In this document: in pieces, positions 23,882 to 34,883 of the stretch | How the letters are laid out: each line of letters begins with the position of its first letter | Position numbering within the stretch: position 1 is the first letter of the stretch | NCBI GenBank assembly: GCA_963833425.1 | Contig: CAWHXP010000010.1 | Span: 68,841 to 132,840 of the forward strand | Source: an uncultured Methanosarcinaceae archaeon | Lineage (GTDB): Archaea; Halobacteriota; Methanosarcinia; Methanosarcinales; Methanosarcinaceae | Length of the DNA stretch: 64,000 bases | Reading direction: 5' to 3' | The notes under the pieces: generated by a model | What the model was told of the DNA's origin: nothing | Databases searched by the model: none | Seen by the model: the letters and a program-made list of their open reading frames with translations, nothing else | Position numbers and translations under genes: made by a program

Positions 23882-24226
23882 TCATGTTTGGATTTTTTCG
23901 TCCCTTTGCAGTTTTTTATCCTTTTGAATACCGAAATCGCTTTCAAAACTGTTTTTTGCTCTGTAATACCCGAGGAAGTAACCGATAATTATTGCACCGG
24001 TAGCTGCCTGAAGGCCAAAAAGCAGGCTTTCTATTTCATCACTCGGAGGTTTCCAGATAGGTTTTGCAATGGGTTTGTAAGCCCCATCTGTAATTTGATC
24101 AATAACACCTTCGGGTTTGTCATCAGCTCCACCATATTCGGCATGTGTAGTAGAAGACATATAAAAGAACTGAGCTGCAAAAATCAGAATTATAGCAATC
24201 ACGATAAATTCAAGTTTCCTGCTCAT
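23882..24226 (-). CDS. cbiN: Cobalt transport protein CbiN
   Basis: [32 protein letters not shown]. Confidence 0.92.
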   Translation of the reverse strand: MSRKLEFIVIAIILIFAAQFFYMSSTTHAEYGGADDKPEGVIDQITDGAYKPIAKPIWKPPSDEIESLLFGLQAATGAIIIGYFLGYYRAKNSFESDFGIQKDKKLQRDEKIQT

Positions 24227-24942
24227 GCAGCAAGCCCCCTGATTTTGCGAACTAAAGATTCGGTCAATACGTTCATTTCAACAAGGATATCACTCTTGAC
24301 CTCAATCACGTACTTGAAGAGTAGGGCACTAACTGCGCCTTCGATGATTGCTAGGGGTATCTGAGTAATTGCGAAGACTTCAAGAAATTTGCTGAATGAA
24401 CTGAAGAAACCCACATAATTTAAGATTCCTCCTGCAGGAAATGCCAAAGCAAGTTGTGTAGAAGTTGTAATATAAGTAGCCCAGTCGCCGAAAGCTGCAG
24501 CCAGAAAGACAATAAAATAAAAGTTGATTTTGGCTTTCATTCCGGCCTTATAAATTAGGTATGACACCACCGGACCCACGATGCCCATGGAGAATACATT
24601 TGCTCCAAGGGTCGTAAGCCCTCCATGGGCTAGGAAGAGAGCTTGGAAGATTAGTACAATAGTCCCAAGAACTGCAGTAATCGCAGGCCCAAAAATGATT
24701 GCTCCTACCCCTGTTCCTGTAGGGTGAGAACAGCTTCCTGTAACCGAGGGCATTTTTAGGGAGGAAAGCACGAATATAAATGCACCTGCGACCGCAAGGA
24801 TAGGTAATATCTCGCGTTTTTTGTTCACTAATTTATTCATTTTGTAAACACCATATGCGATCACTGGTATTGATACTGCAAACCATACTATACACCAAAA
24901 CACCGGTAAAAAGCCTTCCATTATATGCATAAAGATCACCAT
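24223..24942 (-). CDS. cbiM: Cobalt ECF S component CbiM (native start MHIMEG)
   Basis: [28 protein letters not shown]. Confidence 0.95.
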   Translation of the reverse strand: MVIFMHIMEGFLPVFWCIVWFAVSIPVIAYGVYKMNKLVNKKREILPILAVAGAFIFVLSSLKMPSVTGSCSHPTGTGVGAIIFGPAITAVLGTIVLIFQALFLAHGGLTTLGANVFSMGIVGPVVSYLIYKAGMKAKINFYFIVFLAAAFGDWATYITTSTQLALAFPAGGILNYVGFFSSFSKFLEVFAITQIPLAIIEGAVSALLFKYVIEVKSDILVEMNVLTESLVRKIRGLAA

Positions 24943-25232
24943 TAAATGTCAAATCAAGTAAAATATACTTAAAACTCATGCAATTGAAGTACAAAATAAA
25001 ACGTTTATTGCGCGAGTTCTAATATTATATCAAGTAAAGATTAGTTAAGTTAAATCAAATTTAGTTGTACTAAACCTAAATAAAGTTTGTTATTAAAAAA
25101 ACAAAGTGCATAAAAATTTATAAAAGTAGTTTAATGCAACCGCTATACTCAATGTAAAATAAATTGTAGATTAGAACAAGTAAACTTATATCAGCAGATA
25201 TATCTTCGAAATACAACTATCTTGCTTTTAGC

Positions 25233-26088
25233 GGTTCCGTTGCAAAAAATCCTTTCTAATGATACAATAGAATAAAAAGAAAATCAAAGATAGTAATATG
25301 CTATTTAATTCCTTTAAATGGAAACATTATGAAGGGGAAATCATCCTATTAAATGTAAGATGGTACTTAAAATATGCATTAAGTTATAGAAATTTAAAAG
25401 AAATGATGGCAGAAAGGGGAGTAAAAGTAGACCATACAACAATCATGAGATGGGTACATCAATATTCCCCTGAAATAGAAAAGAAGATAAGAAGACATTT
25501 AAGGCTAACAAACTATTCGTGGAGAGTTGATGAAACCTATATCAAAGTAAAAGGTAAATGGGACTATTTTTACCGAGCAGTTGACTCAAATGGGGATACA
25601 ATTGATTTCATGTTAAGTTCAAAACGAGATAGAAAAGCAGCAAAGAGATTCTTTAAGAAAGCTTTAAGTTCTAATCATAATCAAATTCCAAGAGAAACAA
25701 CCGTTGATAAGAATCCAGCTTATCCACCTGCTATAGATGAACTGAAAAATGATAAAATATTACATAAAAACGTAGGAATTAGACAAATCAAGTATTTGAA
25801 TAACATTATAGAACAAGATCATAGATCTATAAAGCGAATCGTTAATTCAATGTTAGGATTTCAGTCTTTTCGATCTGCTAATAAGACCTTAAAAGGAATT
25901 GAAGCTATGAATATGATTAAAAAAAGACAAGTAAATGATCTAAATTACTCTGTTCTTAATGAAGTCAAATACATTAATCAATTGTTTGGTATAGTTTTAT
26001 AATGTTAGTACATTTTCCTTGAATATTTTGATTTTTATTTATTACTTATAGATTTACATGCTTATTTTGAAGTTTTTGCAACGGAACC
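25233..26088 (+). mobile_element. Complete IS6-family element (856 bp)
   Basis: Perfect 16-bp TIR GGTTCCGTTGCAAAAA / TTTTTGCAACGGAACC around the transposase. Confidence 0.95.
25298..26002 (+). CDS. IS6-family DDE transposase
   Basis: WRVDETYIKVKGKW, TVDK, YLNNIIEQDHR. Confidence 0.95.
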   Translation: MLFNSFKWKHYEGEIILLNVRWYLKYALSYRNLKEMMAERGVKVDHTTIMRWVHQYSPEIEKKIRRHLRLTNYSWRVDETYIKVKGKWDYFYRAVDSNGDTIDFMLSSKRDRKAAKRFFKKALSSNHNQIPRETTVDKNPAYPPAIDELKNDKILHKNVGIRQIKYLNNIIEQDHRSIKRIVNSMLGFQSFRSANKTLKGIEAMNMIKKRQVNDLNYSVLNEVKYINQLFGIVL

Positions 26089-26115
26089 AAAATATGTTAA
26101 GTTAAACTGAAAATA

Positions 26116-26565
26116 TTAATCAACTGATAACTCATTACTTTCTGCAACCAGATCAAATTTCTCTAGAATTTGTTTTCTAATTTTGTCTGCGTCCTTGACG
26201 CTTATCTCGACATTTTGATTCAGGTTTTCTGCAACAACATTAGTTTTGCTATATACTCTCCGTCCAAATTCTTCAGGGAACCTTCTCTCCAAAATCCACA
26301 TGGAAACCTGGCAATTTCCAACTGCAGCTGCATTATTTAACCGTTCAAGAAGAACCTTTGCGGCATCAGCATTACATTTTTCAATATGTTGATAGAATTC
26401 AAAGTACTTTCCTGATGTTGAATCTCTTCCCAGTTTCATCCAATCATTGAACGCCTGATAAGTCAGACCTGCTGAATTAGCAGCGAGAGCATAAGTTAAT
26501 CCGAGAGATACACCATCACCGATTTTCTGTTGTACTTCGGGAGTGAGCTTTGTAGGACGTGGCAT
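26116..26565 (-). CDS. Terminase small subunit-like HTH protein
   Basis: MPRPTKLTPE N-terminus, HTH ending FNDWMK, WILERRFPEEFGRR motif typical of phage TerS-like proteins. Confidence 0.65.
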   Translation of the reverse strand: MPRPTKLTPEVQQKIGDGVSLGLTYALAANSAGLTYQAFNDWMKLGRDSTSGKYFEFYQHIEKCNADAAKVLLERLNNAAAVGNCQVSMWILERRFPEEFGRRVYSKTNVVAENLNQNVEISVKDADKIRKQILEKFDLVAESNELSVD

Positions 26566-26975
26566 GATAACACAGTTTTTTATTTTTTAGTAATAATATT
26601 AGTGAATCTTGTATTAAATGTTTCTTTAGTTCTTTTATGCATTAAGGCGGGGTTTTGACTCGATTAATCAACAATGGGCCATTCTCAGACGTTTTTTGAC
26701 TAGACTAATCATCTTCTAAGGGACTCCTAATAAACGTCACTCTAGTGGCCCCAGATTAAGCCATTTTTTCGACAGAACCAAGCCCCCATAAATCTATGCA
26801 CTGAGAACTTGGGATAGGTTCTCGAGATTTTTCATATATTTTTATTACTTTAAAATAATAAAAACTAAATAATTTATTTACTAGTGTGGAAAGACTTATG
26901 GCTGTAATTAAACAAAAAAATTGAATGTTAGAAGTGATTGTCAATTAGTCAACTTTCCAGTCAAATATCTACGAA

Positions 26976-27374
26976 TTACCCATGATTAATTTCGGTCTCA
27001 ATCTGCAGAAGCCAAACTTTTGCTTCTGTATTACCATCCTTATCGGTTATAGTGCAACCCAATTCATGAATAACACCAAGTTGTTGATCAAACTCAGCTA
27101 TTTGCTCTTGCATTGTTTTTTCGTGTGATGTGAAATATCTATGTTTACCTGTTTTGTCAAAAAATACCGGAGTACACAAAAAAGAACGTTTCTCGATTGA
27201 TGGGTCACAATCTTCAATAAGTGCACTTGCGACTTTCCAAAGCTGTATCGTATCTTCTTCCCATTTACACGGACGATCTTTGAGATAGTCTTCGTTTAAT
27301 TCCGGCATTATTTGCAATGCAAATTCTGGACTAATTTCTTGTCTGTAGCTATCAATGAAACTCATTTTAATCAC
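26976..27374 (-). CDS. Hypothetical protein of the integrated element
   Basis: ORF coupled to 27367-27600; GGTGA RBS. Confidence 0.6.
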   Translation of the reverse strand: MIKMSFIDSYRQEISPEFALQIMPELNEDYLKDRPCKWEEDTIQLWKVASALIEDCDPSIEKRSFLCTPVFFDKTGKHRYFTSHEKTMQEQIAEFDQQLGVIHELGCTITDKDGNTEAKVWLLQIETEINHG

Positions 27375-27600
27375 CTTTCACTTTCTGCCAACCGTAACTG
27401 TCGCCTTCAATTTCTATTTTCTTTACTTTACCTTCATTTACAAGCTTATAAAGCATGTTTTTAGCTGTGGACCGGCTGCATCCTACTAAACTCATAACAG
27501 TTGCAGTAGACTTGATGCTATCAATTGATAGAGCACTTAGGAACATATCTTCTGTAAACTTCTGTTGGAATCTTGTTTTACCACCTTTCATATTATCCAA
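27367..27600 (-). CDS. Small winged-HTH protein
   Basis: STATVMSLVGCSRSTAKNMLYKLVNEGKVKK. Confidence 0.7.
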   Translation of the reverse strand: MDNMKGGKTRFQQKFTEDMFLSALSIDSIKSTATVMSLVGCSRSTAKNMLYKLVNEGKVKKIEIEGDSYGWQKVKGD

Positions 27601-27850
27601 TCTACCAGCCAGTCAATTTTCAAAAAACTACGCTACTATATACTATTTATTAGTATTTATACTTTATTATCACTTAGTAATGGTAATGGTTATTGATAAC
27701 CTTTTGATGCTTGAATAGCTGGTTATGTAGAAAATTTTGACGGAAGAAATTTAAACGGGGGAATTTTAAAAATAGAACAGACAAAAATGTGATATTAAGG
27801 CTAACCCCGTTCGTTATGTATATTTCATATTATAAGTATGTCTTCAGCTA

Positions 27851-28152
27851 TTATATTCCCATTTATTCCCAATTATTCCCGTTATTTTCCCATTATATTC
27901 CCATTAAAAATAATATAAAAACAATAACAAGGTAATTAAAATTCATAAAAAAAGGGAGTTATGTTCCCAAAATTAAAAAATGATATATGATTTTTTAAAG
28001 TAATACCCGAAATATTAGAATGTCAAAAAGTGTAATTTTCTATTTTTTTCTTGCATTTTCGGGTTTTTGGGAACAAAATGTCAGATGATTGCGTTTCGAT
28101 GGGAATAAAATGGGAATATTGTGAAAATAAATGGGAATATTTGGGGAATAAA
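27851..28152. other. Putative replication origin: ATTCCC iterons, AT-rich spacer, inverted GGGAAT iterons
   Basis: ~10-bp periodic (T)TATTCCC x5 at 27851-27905 and inverted copies at 28099-28152, directly downstream of rep. Confidence 0.7.
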
Positions 28153-28177
28153 CGAATCAATTGCCTTTGTACCCTGA

Positions 28178-30413
28178 TCAGGCATCCTTCAAGAAAATAA
28201 ACTCTTTATCAAATAATGACCAGAAATTAAACTTTGAATTATCTATACTGAATTTGAAAGCCCTTCTTCCACTACTGCTTATCAAGATATCTCCTTCCCT
28301 CTTGTAGTCTGTATCAGTTTCTTCTTCCATTTTTAACTCTTTGATCTTGTCAAGAAGCCCACCTGCTTCCCGTTCTTTCCTTCCAAATAGGGCACGTTTA
28401 ACAGCTTGATAATTAATGCCTGTGTGGCTTGATATATCATTAATTGTGCATTTCGCTTTACTCGCTATATATTGGATTATCTGCCTTTCGTTTTCGTTCA
28501 TTTTTGTTACAGTGTTCTCTTTTTGAGCTTCGAATAACCTTTTTGCTCTTTTTAAGTCTTCAATCTCAGCTAGTAGATATCCGTCGTCGTCCAAAGTTCT
28601 CTGCTTCCATTTAAAGACAGCAAAACCCCGGACCATATCAAGGAACATTGGGAATATACGTGAATTACTGGTATCCTGCAGGTCTATCTTGTCCACAAAG
28701 GGTATTTTAATCTTGAATAAATTCTGTTTAAGTTCTCCATACATTCTTCTGCAGATAAGTACTTCAATGTTTATTTCCTGCCCGTTCCCACCCCTTGCAG
28801 CTTCGTGTTTCTGCGCATCAAATATCCTTTTTTTCTGCTCGGGACTGTTATCTGCATCAAAGGTGAGTTGACGATTGAGTAATTGATCAGATACGAAGCT
28901 TTCAACACTTGTTAAGTACCAATTTATCCGGGGTGGGATTACCAAGGATATTTGTTTTTGATCTTTCACAGTTGTATAGCAAGTTTCTTCCTGAAAGTTC
29001 GTTGTAGCCTGTTTTATGACTTCTTCAAATGCAGGATCAGGATCCTTATCGTCCGAAAAAATGATGACTCCAGGAGCTAAATTCATGTAGTAAGCAGCCT
29101 TCGCACTTAATCTGGTTACCCGTTTCCATTTTTTAGGAATTAAATGCAAATGTGTTTTTATTCCATGTGACTTCCCTGAGCCCGAAGTGCCATTTACGGA
29201 TATTTGTAAACCTGCTGTATTAAGGCAACACTGACAGGCTATTGATACGCATATTGCTTCTTGTGTATCCCGGTCCCCTACATGCTTTTTTGCTATTGTG
29301 TTCAGTATATAATCTATAGGGTCACCTTCCCTTAAGATCCTGTCTGCTTCTTCCTCTGCCTGCTGAACAAGTTCTGGTCTAAGGTCTATTTCATCATAGT
29401 CTATATTTAGGGGATTCTCTTTTTGAGCTTCTGGCTCAGATTTTTTCTGGCTACCTATATGGTGTGTCTGCCCCCTGAAAGTGCAATTATCACATTTTGA
29501 GTTAAGGGCATTATCAAGTATGACGCTTCCTAACTCTCTCTGGATAGTTTCACATTTCCAAGGCTCTTTTATTTTGCCTCCGTCTGGCCCCAGTTCAGAA
29601 TCACATTGTGACCGGCTGTAATCATCTCTAAAAAGGTATTTACAGGCAAGGTGCAAAACTTCATAGTCTGCACCATTCGCTTTCAGATCTGCCATCAGCG
29701 CCAGAGTTAACTGTCTGCCTGTGCTGGTATGCAATTCTGTGATATCAGGGCTTGCTTGATGGGTCTTGAATTTTTCACGTAGACATGGCTTGCATTTTTG
29801 CAAAATCACTTTTAACTTATTATTGGTTCCAAATAGGGCTGTAAGCCTGTTAATGAGTTTTTCAGGCATTTTTGGTATATCTTTCAAGTGTCCTGATTTC
29901 CCTGTTAAAGGAGTAAATCTGCCCGTTTTTATGCTTGCTTGGTGGTAGGACCGCATTGTTACCATCCGTTAAAATCTCTATGCCTAAATCGTGATGCTTT
30001 TGAGCCTTCAGAGCTTCTGTGTATTTAAAGAAGATATGTCCCCGATTCTCTGTCCTCTTAGACATAAGTCAATTATCCATGGCCAATCCGGCTGTGAGTT
30101 CACTCCATATGGCAGGGTTCCAGTCGTCCACATCGATTATGGTAATACCGGATCTTTTCCCGCATTGCAAGCCAATGTTCGCGTTATCAAAGTAAGAGCT
30201 CCTACCAGGTCCCCAATATTTTTTTATTTCTGCTTCCGTTAGGACACTTTCTCTTTCCTGCCAGGCTTTTATCAAAACTCCTTTACCTGGGCTCTGTTCT
30301 TTCCCTGTTTTAGGATTTGTCTCAGGTACATTAGGATTTAACAAAGGATGCACTATGAATCCTAATCTCGTGTAATTTAATGCAGCTTTAAGAATTGCAG
30401 TTTCATAACTCAT
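28178..30413 (-). pseudogene. Primase-polymerase/helicase Rep fusion interrupted by a TGA (30069-30071) and a frameshift (~29880)
   Basis: Prim-Pol motifs NIGLQCG..IIDVD, RGHIFFKY, VLPPSKH; Cys cluster; P-loop GTSGSGKS; C-terminal wHTH. Confidence 0.8.
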
Positions 30414-30646
30414 CTTTTCAGACTTTCTTCAAGCTGTAGATTCGTAACCGATGAAATCGAAAAGGACTGGTCAAACGCTCGTTTTAAATCTATGAGATAT
30501 CTAGGTCTTTGTCTCCTGCGCTCAGAATAAACCGTATCAAGAGAATCAAAATTCATTCTATACTCCCCTATCCTGCTGCTCTTCCAGATATTTAGGCTCT
30601 TTGTGGAGTCCATAGAGATGACGAGTCGTAGGTCTCTGCCTTCCAC
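30410..30646 (-). CDS. Hypothetical protein of the integrated element
   Basis: Overlaps rep start (ATGA coupling); start uncertain. Confidence 0.45.
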   Translation of the reverse strand: MEGRDLRLVISMDSTKSLNIWKSSRIGEYRMNFDSLDTVYSERRRQRPRYLIDLKRAFDQSFSISSVTNLQLEESLKR

Positions 30647-30670
30647 ATTCAGTAGTGGTGAGACTTAACA

Positions 30671-30946
30671 TCAGAACCCCTCTCCCAAACGATAAGTTCT
30701 TACAATATCTGCTCTTGAGCAATCATCAGGCTCTTCTGGAATCCGCCACGGGTTATAAGTATCGGTATGTATAGAACAACTCTGTCTATGCCAATAATAA
30801 AACAAATTATTAATTTGACTAAGCACCTTGTCTCTGTGTCCATCTGTGGATGTGACGAGAGAATTGTAAGTAATTTGAAATTTGGTACTATCAAAATTGT
30901 GATAAAAAACACTAATATCGTTTTGTTTATACGCAGAATATTTCAT
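30671..30946 (-). CDS. Hypothetical protein of the integrated element
   Basis: GGGGA RBS; co-oriented with rep. Confidence 0.45.
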   Translation of the reverse strand: MKYSAYKQNDISVFYHNFDSTKFQITYNSLVTSTDGHRDKVLSQINNLFYYWHRQSCSIHTDTYNPWRIPEEPDDCSRADIVRTYRLGEGF

Positions 30947-31137
30947 GGGTTTTATTCCCCCTTGAATTCGAAGAGAACAACAGAACCCTTAGCATCAGAA
31001 CCATCATTTGAATAAGATATTATTATTAACTATGAAAGTATAATTAATAATAGTTCAGTCATTGGAGATGACGATCTGAATTGCCTAGGACAGGGCTCAA
31101 TCTGTCCTGGGCTCAAATCTCTCAATTTTTGTTACCC

Positions 31138-31542
31138 TTAATCATTTTCTCTAGGTCGTTCACCGGAAATCTTCAATGCATTATCTCCAAGCATCTCGAT
31201 TTTCACAGAATCCCCTTCTTGGAAAATATTATGCACTGTCTTACCCTCGAGTAACACTTTGAGAATGTCTAAGGATTCAAATTCTTCTGCACTTTTAGTG
31301 ACCAAATCTGATAATGTAGCCACTTTTAGTGTTTTAGAACTAAGTGCTGCAAACATTTTAGGCTCCCGAAGAACGTTTATTTGAGATAAATAATTGTCTA
31401 ATATTTTATACAATGATATTAGTACTTCATCTATATGCCTAAAACTGGCATCAGTTATTTCAAGCATATATTCGTCAGATAACGAATTCAAATTTTCTTT
31501 ACACCGAATAGCTAAATCTTTTTTATAATCCATAGTAATCAC
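31138..31542 (-). CDS. Hypothetical protein of the integrated element
   Basis: 134-aa ORF; AGGTGA RBS before ATG. Confidence 0.6.
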   Translation of the reverse strand: MITMDYKKDLAIRCKENLNSLSDEYMLEITDASFRHIDEVLISLYKILDNYLSQINVLREPKMFAALSSKTLKVATLSDLVTKSAEEFESLDILKVLLEGKTVHNIFQEGDSVKIEMLGDNALKISGERPREND

Positions 31543-31728
31543 CTTACAAAATAATCCATATTTTCGAATTTGTTGAATTAGATGTCCTTAGGCTGTACAT
31601 GCAACCGTTAGTTACAGAGCTAAAAAAGGAAATTATATTTAGCATGTAGACTATGTTATTCATGATGCGTAACTTCTCATTTCTGGTTCGATCTGTTCTT
31701 GTGGGTCACTCGCGATGAAAGTAGGCGT

Positions 31729-31926
31729 CTATATGGGTGTTTTGCAAACTTTCCGACTGCTTGGCCGCTGCGGGATTTGCGAAACGCCTTTAGCAACACT
31801 TTTAATTAATATAGCTTGCGCCTGTTCATACACATTTCCGCACTTAATTCTATAGTCAATTAATTCATGGAATTCTGTATAGAATTTTTTAAACATTCCT
31901 ATCGTGTCTGGTTTTAGATCGTTCAT
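31729..31926 (-). CDS. Small hypothetical protein
   Basis: GGGAG RBS; co-oriented. Confidence 0.5.
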   Translation of the reverse strand: MNDLKPDTIGMFKKFYTEFHELIDYRIKCGNVYEQAQAILIKSVAKGVSQIPQRPSSRKVCKTPI

Positions 31927-31992
31927 TTACTTTTATCTCCCAGATGCATTACATTTTTTTGAACATGCAACTATCGAACTCTCTTGTGCAGT

Positions 31993-32172
31993 TTAATAGA
32001 AGATATTTTCATGGCAAGTGTCATCTGCTATGATTCTCAGTTGATTTTCGCTGTCCATCTCTATCACAACAGTTTTCACGTCTGCATCCATTGATTTCAT
32101 CCACGGCATAGGGAGCGAAATCATATAACTCCCACCTTGTTTAATTACAGTTCTTTTTCCGAATCTAAACAT
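31993..32172 (-). CDS. AbrB/MazE-like swapped-hairpin DNA-binding protein, 59 aa (absent from the ORF track)
   Basis: Manual translation MFRFGKRTVIKQGGSYMISLPMPWMKSMDADVKTVVIEMDSENQLRII..; AGGTGA RBS. Confidence 0.75.
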   Translation of the reverse strand: MFRFGKRTVIKQGGSYMISLPMPWMKSMDADVKTVVIEMDSENQLRIIADDTCHENIFY

Positions 32173-32322
32173 GATTTCACCTTAATAGGATAGAGTATCG
32201 ATTTTATTTGTGGACTTTCACGAATTGCTATCCTAATAAAAGCTTAATAGATCTTAAACATTAAAACAATTTTTATCTGCAACAATTAATAAATTGCTGA
32301 TAATCAGCAGAATATCAACAAT

Positions 32323-33144
32323 TTGCAGACTATTAACTCTCATTCGCAGATATCTTTCAATATAAATTTAAATTATCCATATAATATGCGGAAAAAAAGT
32401 AACAAAGAACGGATTTTAGATGGTTTGTTAGAATCTTCTAAAACGACTGGAGAATTAGCAACTGAGCTAGGCTATGTTGATCCAGATGGGACTCCACGTT
32501 ATAAGATAATTGGACGTGATTTAGACACACTCGAAGAAAATGGGTGCATTGAAAGTAAGAAGGTAAATTTAAGAAAAGGTAGACAAGACTCAACATCATA
32601 TTCGATTGTCTCCAGTATTCAGAACTTATCTCAAATACTGAAACAATATCCAGACTTAACATCAAAAATGCAAAGAAAAGATTCTATTTCTGAAAATATA
32701 TTTCGTGAGCATTTGAATTTAATTTATGGTTTAATTGATATGGAAGCTTTGAAAAGTGGAGCATTGGAAAGTGCAATTAAAAATCATTATATTATGGCTG
32801 TAAGAAATTCCTTACTTAGCTCATATCCAACTTATGATTCATTGATGAAGAATAGGGTGGAACATAAAGAAGTTACACTTGTTGAAAAAATAGAAATATT
32901 ATTTAAGGAAAAATTACAGTTATCCCCTGAATTTTTCAGACTTTTCCTGACCACTGATAAAAATGAATTAATAAATAATATTATAAAACTTATTGGCAAT
33001 TTGGATAATAGGATATACATAACGGATCTGAAATATGATCAGGACCCTGACAACTGGGTAGCAATGTATGGAACAACCTTTAATATCGAAAAAATTTTCA
33101 GGGAATGTGGTTGCATAGATATAATTAAAGAACAAAATAATTAA
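32323..33144 (+). CDS. Winged-HTH regulator, divergent from the AbrB-like gene (likely start ATG 32386; the frame continues past stops to ~33435)
   Basis: KTTGELATELGY..IIGRDLDTLEENGCIE wHTH; TATA-like box ~25 bp upstream of ATG. Confidence 0.7.
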   Translation: MQTINSHSQISFNINLNYPYNMRKKSNKERILDGLLESSKTTGELATELGYVDPDGTPRYKIIGRDLDTLEENGCIESKKVNLRKGRQDSTSYSIVSSIQNLSQILKQYPDLTSKMQRKDSISENIFREHLNLIYGLIDMEALKSGALESAIKNHYIMAVRNSLLSSYPTYDSLMKNRVEHKEVTLVEKIEILFKEKLQLSPEFFRLFLTTDKNELINNIIKLIGNLDNRIYITDLKYDQDPDNWVAMYGTTFNIEKIFRECGCIDIIKEQNN

Positions 33145-33665
33145 GAAAGGACAGAATCCATACTAGCACAAAATAAAATATCAGATGCAGAAATTCTGAA
33201 ATTAAGAAGAGAAATAATAAAATACTTAAATCAAATCAAAAAAGAAATATCAAATGCAGAAATTCAGCAGTTGGCATAATCACTTTTTGAACTTCGTGAA
33301 TTAAGAATAGCAATGATGAGCTATTTAATACATACAAAAAACGAAAAATCAGATACAGAAGCTCAAAAATTAAAAAAGTATGAAATGGATTTAATTTTCC
33401 CACCATATTTTCAACATCTGATAACTTATGACTAAATTAATTCTCATTAAAAATTATAAACTTAAAGAGACAATAGTATTTGAATACAGTTAACAGAACA
33501 AATTACTAAATATTATCTCATCTACCCGACTATTCAATATTCTATTGCAAAAATGCGGTTAGTTTTGAATAAGCAATGTTTTATCTTATATGGCTAGCTT
33601 TGTTTTATATATTAATACATATATGCAATAACCTGAACTAAAAAGTACAATTTTACTCTTATATT

Positions 33666-34883
33666 TTAAGTTTGTTTGTTCAGGAGTTTTTTGACTTCGA
33701 TTGCTATTTTTTCCAAAACCTTTGGGTCAACACTGGAAACTTCTAAGAATGATAAATCTAGTTTTTCTTTATCTTTTTCAAGTTTTAGAGCGGTTTCTTG
33801 ATCGAGAACCAGTGCGCATTGGCTACAAAATTTGTCGTCTGATTTTAATACATTATTACACCGTGGGCATCTTTTAAGTGTAACGTGTCTTTTGTCTTCA
33901 GTTTTGAGCCCGTATTTCTCAAAAATACTATTGTTAATTTCGTGATCCGTGAAATTTGCATAAATTTTGAACATTTGAGTACTGCCCCGACTCCAGCCCG
34001 CTCTGTGCTTAATTTCTTGCTCATTAAGTCCATCTAAAATCCAGTTTGTTATAGCCATATGTCGTAGCAAATGTGGATGTATACTTTTCTTGATGCCTAC
34101 TTTTTCGGCTGTAGTCTTTATCATTTTTCGGATAGCTTTATAACTCACAGCTTCTTTATTTTTGTTAAGGGTAATCCATAAGGGAGCTTCTGGATCTTCG
34201 TGAAAAGGATGAACTGCAAGCCACTGATTCAAATACCCCGCGCTCCAAGTGAGTGGTAGCCCCTTTGCAGGTGTTGTCTTGTTAGCCCCTGTTTTTGAAA
34301 GATAAATCATAGCTCCATATTGATTAAACTCTACATTTTTAACCCTGCAGGACATCATAGCCCCTACTCTCATTCCGCTATCTGCAAGAACAGCGATAAT
34401 AGCTTTATCCCTTGGATGTCTACAGCCTTCAAGGAGTCGGGTGAACTCATCTTTGGTCAGTATGTCCGAAGGTTGCACAGGGCTTTCAATTGTTTTTAGC
34501 TTCAGATCCATAATCCATTTAGGCTGGTTACCACTTGTGGACCATCTGAAGAATTTTTTGATCAATTTTTTATAATTTCTGATAGTGCCTGGAGAGAATT
34601 TCTTTTCATCTTCACAAAAAATAAGCAACCTATCAAAAGTATTCTGGTCCAGCTTGTCCAAGGTCTCATTGAATCCTAGTTCTTGAAGTTGCTCGACCAT
34701 CCTGGTTGCATAATACAAGTACCACGTGATTGTTGTTTTTGCTGCTCCTTCCCGTCGAAGAGCAATTGAAAAATTTTCAATCAACGCTTTGTTTTCTTCC
34801 CCAATATCTGCATTTTTCAATTTATGTTGTGCGCGTAAATAATCCGCATCAATACAATGAACATCATCAACAGATTTAGTCAT
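33666..34883 (-). CDS. Tyrosine recombinase/integrase with C-terminal zinc ribbon
   Basis: SGMRVG (R), HPHLLRH (HxxR), AGW, IYA (Y); CPRC..CSQC. Confidence 0.95.
   Translation of the reverse strand: MTKSVDDVHCIDADYLRAQHKLKNADIGEENKALIENFSIALRREGAAKTTITWYLYYATRMVEQLQELGFNETLDKLDQNTFDRLLIFCEDEKKFSPGTIRNYKKLIKKFFRWSTSGNQPKWIMDLKLKTIESPVQPSDILTKDEFTRLLEGCRHPRDKAIIAVLADSGMRVGAMMSCRVKNVEFNQYGAMIYLSKTGANKTTPAKGLPLTWSAGYLNQWLAVHPFHEDPEAPLWITLNKNKEAVSYKAIRKMIKTTAEKVGIKKSIHPHLLRHMAITNWILDGLNEQEIKHRAGWSRGSTQMFKIYANFTDHEINNSIFEKYGLKTEDKRHVTLKRCPRCNNVLKSDDKFCSQCALVLDQETALKLEKDKEKLDLSFLEVSSVDPKVLEKIAIEVKKLLNKQT

Larger units (their letters stand above)
26116..34883. mobile_element. Integrated element (defective provirus, satellite or integrated plasmid)
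   Basis: Integrase, HTH/AbrB regulators, primase-helicase, iterons and terS-like gene are clustered; att sites not identified. Confidence 0.8.

Noticed and set aside
24943..25232. Cobalamin riboswitch upstream of cbiM
   Set aside because: Very AT-rich, with no B12-box or stem structure visible
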